Positions 10,415 to 17,624 of a stretch of DNA of 32,000 nucleotides are shown piece after piece. The notes under the pieces are model-generated. The model was not told the DNA's origin and did no database searches. It saw only the letters and a list, made by a program, of their open reading frames with translations. Source of the DNA: Caldicoprobacterales bacterium (GTDB taxonomy: Bacteria > Bacillota > Clostridia > Caldicoprobacterales > DTU083); assembly GCA_050951505.1 (NCBI GenBank), contig JBMNJE010000011.1, forward strand, positions 483,168 to 515,167, in the 5' to 3' direction. Each line of letters opens with the position of its first letter. The first letter of the stretch is position 1. The position numbers were made by a program, and so were the translations under genes.

Positions 10415-11644
10415 ATGAGAAACAAACCGGAGCTTCTGGCACCTGCCGGAAACCTGGAAAAGTTAAAAACGGCTATTGCTTATGGTGCGGATGCGGTGTA
10501 TTTAGGAGGCCGGCAGTTTGGCTTGCGTGCCTTTGCAGACAATTTCAGTCTGGAAGAAATAAAAGAGGGCATAGACTACGCTCATAGTATGCATAGGAAA
10601 GTTTATGTCACTATGAACATATTTGCCCGCAATGATGACTTTATCGGAATGAAAGAGTATATAAAATCTCTCAGGCAATTAGGTGTAGATGCGGTTATCC
10701 TATCTGATCCGGGAATTCTTGACCTGATCAGGGAAACGGAACCCGATTTGGAAATTCACTTGAGCACCCAGGCAAACAATACCAATTACCGAAGCGCCAT
10801 ATTCTGGCACAAACTTGGGGTTAAGCGCATTATCCTGGCCAGGGAGCTGTCATTGAAGGAAATCCGTCAGATTCGGGATAATGTTCCCGATAGTCTGGAA
10901 TTGGAAGCTTTTGTTCATGGTGCCATGTGCATGTCCTACTCCGGCAGGTGCACCATCAGCAATTATCTGTCCGGACGGGATGCAAACCGGGGAGAATGTA
11001 CGCAGCCCTGCCGCTGGCGTTACTTTGTGGTAGAGGAGACAAGACAGGGAGAATACATGCCAATATTGGAAGATGAGCAGGGTACCTACCTGTTCAATTC
11101 CAAGGATCTTTGCATGCTTGAATATATCCCGCAATTGGTGGAAGCAGGCCTGTCCAGCCTGAAAATTGAGGGCAGGATGAAGTCCCTGTATTATGTGGCA
11201 AGTACTGTGGCACCTTACCGCAAGGAATTGAATCGGTATTATAAGGACCCTGAGAACTACCGATTTGATCCCAACAGCATGTCAGAGTTAAAAAAAGCCA
11301 GTCACAGACCCTTTACCACCGGTTTCTATTTTGGAAAACCCGGCAGCGATTCCAAACAATATGAAAGCAGCGGCTATATCAGAGGGTATGATTTTGTAGC
11401 CATACTGCTGGAAAATCATTGTGATGATGAAATGATTCTGGTGGAACAGAGAAATAATTTTAAACTAGGGGATAGGTTGGAAATCATGCAGCCAGGAGAA
11501 GAGTTCATTGATTATGTAGTTACTGAATTGTACGATGAGGACAGTAACCCTGTCACAGAAGCGCCGCACCCGCAGCAACGGCTCTTTATGCCATATAGGG
11601 GAAGCCTAAAACCCTTTTCATTGTTCAGGCGGAAAAAGGGATAA
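10415..11644 (+). CDS. Peptidase U32 family protein (YrrO/TrhP-like)
   Basis: 409 aa. U32 features: PELLAPAG, GADAVYLGG, ELEAFVHGAMCMSYSGRCTISNY, cysteine cluster CTQPCRW. Confidence 0.85.
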   Translation: MRNKPELLAPAGNLEKLKTAIAYGADAVYLGGRQFGLRAFADNFSLEEIKEGIDYAHSMHRKVYVTMNIFARNDDFIGMKEYIKSLRQLGVDAVILSDPGILDLIRETEPDLEIHLSTQANNTNYRSAIFWHKLGVKRIILARELSLKEIRQIRDNVPDSLELEAFVHGAMCMSYSGRCTISNYLSGRDANRGECTQPCRWRYFVVEETRQGEYMPILEDEQGTYLFNSKDLCMLEYIPQLVEAGLSSLKIEGRMKSLYYVASTVAPYRKELNRYYKDPENYRFDPNSMSELKKASHRPFTTGFYFGKPGSDSKQYESSGYIRGYDFVAILLENHCDDEMILVEQRNNFKLGDRLEIMQPGEEFIDYVVTELYDEDSNPVTEAPHPQQRLFMPYRGSLKPFSLFRRKKG

Positions 11645-11701
11645 GGAAAAGCACAATTTTTGCCTTTTACCACTAGCATCCTTTTTCTCAACCTATAATG
11701 C

Positions 11702-11729
11702 ACATTTTGATGTACACCTTCATATATTA
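11702..11729 (+). promoter_or_regulatory. Candidate mother-cell (sigma-K/sigma-E type) promoter upstream of sigK
   Basis: AC (11702-11703), 17 nt, CATATATTA (11721-11729). Fits the sigma-K consensus AC-17-CATAnnnTA as I recall it. About 30 nt upstream of the sigK ATG. The -35 element carries little information. Confidence 0.3.
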
Positions 11730-11758
11730 AAGAGCGGGTACTTTTTGGAGGTGACATC

Positions 11759-12496
11759 ATGGAAGCCATCACCGGAAGTCTTTTGGCACTGATAAAATTA
11801 TTGTTTTTTATTGCCCATGTTACCGGCAGTAATTCATTTCCCAAGCCTTTGAGCCCGGAAGAAGAAGAATATCATCTTATCAGGTATTCTCAGGGCAACG
11901 AAGAATCACGAAATATTTTGATTGAACATAATCTGAGGCTGGTTGCTCATATCGTTAAAAAGTACAACAGCACCGGCAGAGATGTGGATGATCTGATTTC
12001 CATAGGGACAATTGGATTAATAAAAGCGATTTCTACCTACAATATGGAAAAAAAAACACGACTGGCTACTTATGCAGCCCGCTGTATAGAAAATGAAATT
12101 CTGATGACCATTCGTGCTTCCAGAAAGACAAAGAGCGAAGTCTCCTTACAGGATCCTATCGGAGTAGACAAGGAAGGCAATGAAATAACACTGATTGATA
12201 TATTAGGCAGCCATCCTGATACGGTGACAGATCAGGTAGAGCTTAAGCTGCTGACAGTAAAACTATACAAAAAAATGCAGACTGTATTAAAAAAAAGAGA
12301 ACAGATTGTATTGGAGATGCGGTATGGACTTACTAATGGCAAAACAAGAACACAAAGGGAAATTGCGCAATTGCTGGGGATATCCCGCTCCTATGTGTCA
12401 CGGATTGAAAAAAGAGCAATCATGAAACTGGCGAAGGAAATGGATCCAAATTTCACAATGTCGAATGAAAATGTCTCAAATGAGGAGGTAAATTAA
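11759..12496 (+). CDS. sigK: Sporulation sigma factor, pro-sigma-K
   Basis: 245 aa. Hydrophobic pro-sequence, then SFPKPLSPEEEEY...NILIEHNLRLVAHIVKKY, which closely resembles B. subtilis SigK (from memory). Region 2/4 motifs DLISIGTIGLIKA, ATYAARCIENEILM, ISRSYVSRIEKRA. RBS GGAGGTGA. Confidence 0.85.
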   Translation: MEAITGSLLALIKLLFFIAHVTGSNSFPKPLSPEEEEYHLIRYSQGNEESRNILIEHNLRLVAHIVKKYNSTGRDVDDLISIGTIGLIKAISTYNMEKKTRLATYAARCIENEILMTIRASRKTKSEVSLQDPIGVDKEGNEITLIDILGSHPDTVTDQVELKLLTVKLYKKMQTVLKKREQIVLEMRYGLTNGKTRTQREIAQLLGISRSYVSRIEKRAIMKLAKEMDPNFTMSNENVSNEEVN

Positions 12497-12573
12497 GCCG
12501 CTGCTGCCGTCTTAATGTCATTTCATTATTCTGGAATATATGGAATAATTAATAATTAACTCCGGTAACTCCA

Positions 12574-12602
12574 TTGACATTCATCATATATTTCTATATT
12601 AT
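12574..12602 (+). promoter_or_regulatory. Candidate sigma-A promoter for the yqeG-aroE(-downstream) transcription unit
   Basis: TTGACA (12574-12579), 17-nt spacer, TATTAT (12597-12602). Confidence 0.45.
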
Positions 12603-12650
12603 ATAAACGATAAGCAAAGATTGAAGCAAAGGAAGATCATATTGCACAAC

Positions 12651-13157
12651 ATGCTGAAGCCTAACCTGACTGTCGGTTCTATATTTGATATTGATCTCCA
12701 ATCTCTGATGGAAAAGGGGTATAAATATATTATTATAGATGTTGACAATACGATAACTGCCTGGAATCATTATAAAATCAGTCAAAGGCTTAGAAACTGG
12801 GTATTCAAGGCTAAAGAAACAGGTTTTAGCATCTGTCTTTTGTCCAACAATAATCAAGCGAAGGTACAAAAATTTGCTTCGGAACTGAGTGTCATGGCTG
12901 CACCTGTCGGGGGAAAACCTCGTTTACGATCTTTTAAGAGTGCTCTGACTGCTCTAAGAGGCGGCACGCACAACACATTGGTCATAGGAGATCAAATTTT
13001 CACTGATATTCTGGGCGGAAACCGGGCAGGGCTTTTTACCATTCTGGTCGATCCTATTGACAATAAAGAATTCATAGGAACAAAGTTTACCAGGCTGATG
13101 GAACGTATAGTAGCAGGAAGGAGGCCCATATGCAAATCACACCGGCAACCAAGGTAG
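12651..13157 (+). CDS. yqeG: YqeG-family HAD phosphatase
   Basis: HAD motifs: IIIDVDNT (motif I), LSNN (motif II), GDQIFTDILGGNRAG (motif IV). Start placed at ATG 12651 (MLKPN...) by analogy with YqeG. The ORF-track TTG at 12621 is also possible. Confidence 0.8.
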   Translation: MLKPNLTVGSIFDIDLQSLMEKGYKYIIIDVDNTITAWNHYKISQRLRNWVFKAKETGFSICLLSNNNQAKVQKFASELSVMAAPVGGKPRLRSFKSALTALRGGTHNTLVIGDQIFTDILGGNRAGLFTILVDPIDNKEFIGTKFTRLMERIVAGRRPICKSHRQPR

Positions 13158-13972
13158 TCGGTCTCATTGGGCATCCGGTGGCTCACAGTCTGTCACCTGT
13201 TTTGCACAATCATCTTTACCAATCATTGGGACTTGATATGGTGTATCATGCCTTTGATGTATTGCCTGATCAGGTGGAAGCTGCTGCAGCCGGGCTGAAA
13301 GCCCTTGGATTCACTGGCTTTAATGTTACCGTTCCCCATAAGGAAGTGGTATATAATCTTCTGGATTGGATTGATGAAGAGGCCGAAATAGTTGGTGCTG
13401 TCAATACCGTGAAGATTGAAAACGGACGATTGGAGGGGTATAATACCGACGGGCAGGGGTTCATTCAGTCATTGCATGCATCGGGTTTTTCTGTCAGCAA
13501 TAAAAAAGTAGTTATGCTCGGCGCAGGCGGGGCCGCCAGGGCCATTGGAATATCTGTCTCTAAAGAAGAACCGGAAGAAATCTGTATTATAAACCGAACT
13601 TTCAGCAGGGCTGATAGACTGGCATACTTAATCAACAACCACAAAGGAAGAAGAATTGCCAGAGCCGCTTCAGTTATACCGGCAAATACTGATTTTATTA
13701 TTAACACAACCTGTCTGGGTATGTGGCCTGATACAGTTGGAAATCCAATACAGGGATACAGCTTATCAAGTCACATGGTAGTTTGTGATATAGTTTACAA
13801 TCCCAGGCAGACAGCAATGCTAAAGTATGCAGAGAAACATGGCTGCAGGGTCTGTGACGGGATGGGAATGCTGATAGGACAGGGAATCAAAGCAGTTGAA
13901 ATATGGCTGGATACTTCTCTTTCCAAGGATTCCTGGCAGCTCATGTCCAAGGCAGCCTATAATCATAAGTAA
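13130..13972 (+). CDS. aroE: Shikimate dehydrogenase
   Basis: 280 aa. GLIGHPVAHSLSPVLHN, FNVTVPHK, GAVNT, NTDG, GAGGAARA. RBS GGAAGGAGG 7 nt upstream. Overlaps the yqeG end by 28 nt. Confidence 0.92.
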   Translation: MQITPATKVVGLIGHPVAHSLSPVLHNHLYQSLGLDMVYHAFDVLPDQVEAAAAGLKALGFTGFNVTVPHKEVVYNLLDWIDEEAEIVGAVNTVKIENGRLEGYNTDGQGFIQSLHASGFSVSNKKVVMLGAGGAARAIGISVSKEEPEEICIINRTFSRADRLAYLINNHKGRRIARAASVIPANTDFIINTTCLGMWPDTVGNPIQGYSLSSHMVVCDIVYNPRQTAMLKYAEKHGCRVCDGMGMLIGQGIKAVEIWLDTSLSKDSWQLMSKAAYNHK

Positions 13973-14000
13973 GTATCATATTCAAAAGGAGGTCATCTGT

Positions 14001-15524
14001 TTGGCAGAGCGGCTGATTGAGCTACTAACGACAATGCTGGGGCCGTTTGTTTTTGAGTTTTCCCTGGGGCTCCTGCTCATTTTATGGATTGCACTTTACA
14101 TTTACTTCCATGTTATTATTTTGAGGCCTGTTTACATAAATTTAAAGCAGTTTACTGAGCTTTTATCCGGGCTTGATGATTATAGCAATGAAAACCATCC
14201 AAGGATAGAAGAATATATCTACAGCCAAAAAGATATAACATTCCTGCGTGATTTATGGAATGAATTCAAAGAAAAGCACAATGATACATCCAATGTAGAC
14301 CAATGTTTCAATAAACATACTATGGTAACTGCTCCTGCCAGGAGGAACCAGGCTAAATCATTACCGGCCTTTTTTTTGACCGTAGGGCTGACATTATCAT
14401 TATTTTGCCTGCTTCTTCGTTTTCCAGCAGCGCAGCCAGTCTCAGACTTTACCAGTCTTTTGTACACTGCAGTCAGCGAAGTAATCGTAATTGCCTTGTT
14501 TTCCATTTTGCTTTCCTTTATAACGGCTATCGTCAACAGGTATATGTTTAGCAAAGCAGATGCATGGGTATATGAAATTAACAAACTGTTGAAGCGAAAA
14601 CTGCCTTTATCTGATGAGGAAAGTGAGTTTGACAAAATGGCAGCAGCAATAGACAATATGGCCAGCAGTTTGTCCTCATATGCACAATATCAGGCAGATA
14701 TTCAGCGTAACGGTATGAACCAGCTGGTTGATGTCTTTCTTGAGAAGCTGCATAGTGAAATGGACGGGCAAATGCAAGTCCTGGGTGAGTCCTTGCAGAG
14801 TGTTTCTGAAACGCAGATGCAGCTGGCATCCCAAACAGGAGTATTTATAAATGAATTGATTAAGGGAACAAGAAACCAAATGCAGGTAAACGAGGTGACT
14901 GATTCCATTGTTTCTTCAATAGCAAGATATCATGAGCAAATCTCCAGCAGCAGTCAAAGTCTGGCAGGCAGCCTGGAGGACCTGCATATGATATCCCAAA
15001 CTCTTAACAACATGATCACTTTCAGCAGTGATGCACTCATGACTGTTAAGCAGGAAAGGGAGAGCCTGAAAGATGAATACGGGAAATACATTCAGGAGAT
15101 GATTGATTTAATACAAAAATACCGGCAAAGTGCAGCTGATGAAGTAATACAGGCCATAAACAGATTTACCGATGTTTCCGAGCAATACTTCAATAAGCTG
15201 GAAGACACGGTTAACAGGTCAATGCATGAATGGATTAATACAAATCAGTCTGCAGTGAAGCATTTTGAGGAAAAAACCCAGGATTTTTACAGTGTATCGA
15301 AGGAAGTTTCTCAGCTCCTGGGAGAGATGAACAACAGTCTGAGGGAAACTATGAAGGAATTCACTCAGGCGATTGAGAAGGGAACGATAAATACAATAAC
15401 AGAGTTTGACGAAGGTCTTACGGATATTACCAAGAGACTGAGCCATACAATAACGGAAATTAGAGACTCAATAGATGAGATTCCTGCTGTTATTAATATG
15501 CTGAAAGAAGTTAACAGTGAGTAA
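14001..15524 (+). CDS. MotA/ExbB/TolQ-like (ZorA-like) membrane protein with long C-terminal helical tail
   Basis: Start moved to TTG 14001, 8 nt after AAAGGAGG at 13985-13992. Predicted layout: TM1 (FSLGLLLILWIALYIYFHVIIL), ~95-aa loop, TM2 (LPAFFLTVGLTLSLFCLLL), TM3 (YTAVSEVIVIALFSILLSFITAIV, where SE resembles the GISEAL motif of TolQ/ExbB), then a ~320-aa tail rich in Q/E/S/L and lacking Pro or Gly breaks. Family call is by eye. Confidence 0.6.
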   Translation: MAERLIELLTTMLGPFVFEFSLGLLLILWIALYIYFHVIILRPVYINLKQFTELLSGLDDYSNENHPRIEEYIYSQKDITFLRDLWNEFKEKHNDTSNVDQCFNKHTMVTAPARRNQAKSLPAFFLTVGLTLSLFCLLLRFPAAQPVSDFTSLLYTAVSEVIVIALFSILLSFITAIVNRYMFSKADAWVYEINKLLKRKLPLSDEESEFDKMAAAIDNMASSLSSYAQYQADIQRNGMNQLVDVFLEKLHSEMDGQMQVLGESLQSVSETQMQLASQTGVFINELIKGTRNQMQVNEVTDSIVSSIARYHEQISSSSQSLAGSLEDLHMISQTLNNMITFSSDALMTVKQERESLKDEYGKYIQEMIDLIQKYRQSAADEVIQAINRFTDVSEQYFNKLEDTVNRSMHEWINTNQSAVKHFEEKTQDFYSVSKEVSQLLGEMNNSLRETMKEFTQAIEKGTINTITEFDEGLTDITKRLSHTITEIRDSIDEIPAVINMLKEVNSE

Positions 15525-15560
15525 ACCTGCAATTTAAAATAAGAGAGGAAAAGAAGAAGG

Positions 15561-16385
15561 ATGAGAATAATGCAAAGAGAGAGTTTCATATGGAATCCTT
15601 TCAACATAATAACAGCTATTTTTCTCTTCTTCATGATAATGTGTCTTTTATTTTTATCAGCATATAATTCAGCACAATTAATGGCGGAGGGCTCAACTGA
15701 AGAACCGATCAACCCGGATAATGAGCTGCTTACCATGAAAGAAATTCTTGCTGAAAAAGCACTCCTCAATAAACGGGAGTCCAGTTTAAACGAAAAGGAG
15801 GAAAGACTAAAAAAACAGGAAGAACGTTTGACTGATCAGGAAGCCTCATTAAACAAACTGATGGAGGTTCGTACAAAAATAATAAGGCAGCTGGTTGATA
15901 CATTCTCTCAATCCAATTTAATATTGGAAATAGATAAGCAAACCGGTGCAATCCGATTTAGTGACGGAATCTTTTTTGATGCCAGCCGGGATGTCATAAA
16001 TGAAAATGGTGCAGAGTATTTGAATGAGTTTATACCCGCTTATTTCTCCATTCTGCTCAATGATGATAATCGGGAGTTTATCGCAGAGATTATTATTGAA
16101 GGACATACAGACGATGTGGGGAGCTACCTCAGCAATCTGGAACTGTCTCAAAACAGAGCTCTGGCAGTTGCCAGATTTATACTCCATGATGATTTTCCTG
16201 AGTTTGAACATAAGGATATCATTCATAAATATTTAACAGCCAATGGAAGATCGTACAGCCAGCCTATAATGACTAATGGGGTAATTAACAGGGATAAGTC
16301 CAGGAGAGTGGAATTCAAGTTTCGCCTGAAGGACGAGGAAACCATAAAGGAAATGCAACAGATATTTGAAAGGACCAATAGGTGA
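15561..16385 (+). CDS. MotB/ZorB-like protein: N-terminal TM + coiled coil + OmpA-type peptidoglycan-binding domain
   Basis: 274 aa. TM segment WNPFNIITAIFLFFMIMCLLFL aligns by eye with the MotB YADFMTAMMAFFLVM. Coiled coil (LNEKEERLKKQEERLTDQEASLNKL). OmpA_C motifs IIEGHTDDVGSYLSNLELSQNRALAVARFIL and SRRVEFKF. Starts 36 nt after the preceding gene. Confidence 0.75.
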   Translation: MRIMQRESFIWNPFNIITAIFLFFMIMCLLFLSAYNSAQLMAEGSTEEPINPDNELLTMKEILAEKALLNKRESSLNEKEERLKKQEERLTDQEASLNKLMEVRTKIIRQLVDTFSQSNLILEIDKQTGAIRFSDGIFFDASRDVINENGAEYLNEFIPAYFSILLNDDNREFIAEIIIEGHTDDVGSYLSNLELSQNRALAVARFILHDDFPEFEHKDIIHKYLTANGRSYSQPIMTNGVINRDKSRRVEFKFRLKDEETIKEMQQIFERTNR

Positions 16386-17590
16386 TGGGATACGCTATAG
16401 CTTTTCCAGTACTTAAGTTTAACAAGACAGCGGAATATATCCGAAAAATGCATCCTTATACGAAAGAAATCCCCTTGATGGATATGAAGGATGAGGTGCA
16501 GGAATTGCTCAGCCAAATCGACCGGCTGGATGAAAACAAAATGGCTGATTATGTCTTGTCTCTCCCAAACAGCGACTTGGTACTGATTTTTCATGCACTG
16601 TTATATGATATATCTTCATTACAAAGAGAAAGGCTTTTATTCATTCTGTCACAAAGGATGAAAAAGCGTTTTTTTCATTATAATTGGATCATGCTGCAGG
16701 AGCATTATACCAATGCTTCTCTTATAGAGTCTTTCATTCTGCTTATGAAGTTTATGAAGGAAAAATATCCAATTGAATATAATCGTTCTTTGGCCAGTAA
16801 ATTATCATTTCCCAGAGGTGATTTGGTAAATCAGGCCTTAATGGTATTGGATGAAGAACAATGCACATTGAGTGATTTTTTAAAGCGATACAGCTTCATT
16901 GAAGGCAGCGCTCTTTCCGGAGCATTGTTGGAGACGTATTTTTTACAATGCAGCAAAGAAGGATTTCACAAGAATGCAGATTTATTTATAAAGTGGATCA
17001 ATACTTTAGACAGCATGCCTTATTCACAAATAATTCATTATCTGGATGTTATGAGCATTCTGGATTTCGTGGAAGATATTAACAATTATCTGATTGAGAT
17101 TATTGGATTACCGGGGCAGAGCGAGCATTGGAACAAAATAGAAAAAAGATTTCAGACAAAATTCCTGAAATGGATAAAATTCAAGGATTTGGGAAAATAT
17201 CTGGGGTTAAATACAGAAAAATTTGTTTTTTGGAATGATTATTATCATTATGTAGAGAAAGTTGAGTGTTATCCGGAACTGGGCATTTTGTTTTTGCACC
17301 TGCCCGGTCATGTGGTAGTTGACTTAAAGGAGAACAGCAGTACTTCCTATCTTTATAAAAATAACATCTTTCATGCAGCTTACGAACAATTTGATACTGC
17401 CGGCGGATTTGAAGGGAAAAGCAGCTGGCCGTTGGAATCAGAGGAAAGCATTGAGCCGATTAAGAATGCTATACTGGAAAATAATCATTCTGAAATATAC
17501 GAGCTGATATATGAAGGAATGGGCAAACTGTATATTCGTGACTATCTGGAATCATATTGTCAGAATAAGAGCATAAAATTAATTTACTGA
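16385..17590 (+). CDS. Hypothetical soluble helical protein; possible EH-signature (ZorC-like) domain protein
   Basis: ATG 16385 overlaps the preceding TGA by 1 nt (TGATG); GTG 16382 is an alternative. About 401 aa, no TM, no catalytic motif I recognise. The size and its position after a MotA-like/OmpA-like pair match the Zorya ZorC / EH_Signature context. It contains an E-H dipeptide (GQSEHWNKIEKRF), but I cannot verify that this is the family signature. Confidence 0.5.
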   Translation: MGYAIAFPVLKFNKTAEYIRKMHPYTKEIPLMDMKDEVQELLSQIDRLDENKMADYVLSLPNSDLVLIFHALLYDISSLQRERLLFILSQRMKKRFFHYNWIMLQEHYTNASLIESFILLMKFMKEKYPIEYNRSLASKLSFPRGDLVNQALMVLDEEQCTLSDFLKRYSFIEGSALSGALLETYFLQCSKEGFHKNADLFIKWINTLDSMPYSQIIHYLDVMSILDFVEDINNYLIEIIGLPGQSEHWNKIEKRFQTKFLKWIKFKDLGKYLGLNTEKFVFWNDYYHYVEKVECYPELGILFLHLPGHVVVDLKENSSTSYLYKNNIFHAAYEQFDTAGGFEGKSSWPLESEESIEPIKNAILENNHSEIYELIYEGMGKLYIRDYLESYCQNKSIKLIY

Positions 17591-17624
17591 TTATACAGAT
17601 GTACGGCAAAAAAGGAGGGGTTGA

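Noticed and set aside
11645-11672. Imperfect hairpin (GAAAAGCA...TGCCTTTT) after the U32 peptidase gene as a terminator.
   Set aside because: The stem needs a bulge, is AU-rich and lacks a clean U-tract. It is too weak to annotate.
13896-14000. ORF-track 5' extension of the MotA-like gene, starting at ATG 13896 inside aroE.
   Set aside because: The extension overlaps the aroE 3' end by 77 nt and encodes a non-hydrophobic, low-plausibility leader. TTG 14001 is in frame and sits 8 nt after a strong AAAGGAGG. Similar upstream extensions were trimmed for the ORFs at 709, 3483, 12621, 20419, 25013, 25518, 28532, 29527 and 31295.
14370-14377. Coding-region homopolymers as phase-variation switches: T8 at 14370-14377 (MotA-like TM2), T8 at 29985-29992 (second PilN-like) and A9 at 12048-12056 (sigK).
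   Set aside because: All are in frame in intact ORFs, and A/T runs of this length are common in AT-rich Firmicute DNA. A run in essential sigK argues against a regulatory role. Only the G7 tract in the pilin SD seemed unusual enough to report.
14001-16385. Reading the MotA-like/MotB-like pair as a flagellar stator (motAB).
   Set aside because: No flagellar or chemotaxis genes are nearby. The A subunit has a 3-TM ExbB/ZorA-like layout with a ~320-aa tail rather than the 4-TM MotA layout. The B subunit appears to lack the channel Asp and has a long coiled coil. A TonB/Tol system is also unlikely in an apparent Gram-positive with no TonB or TolA partner.
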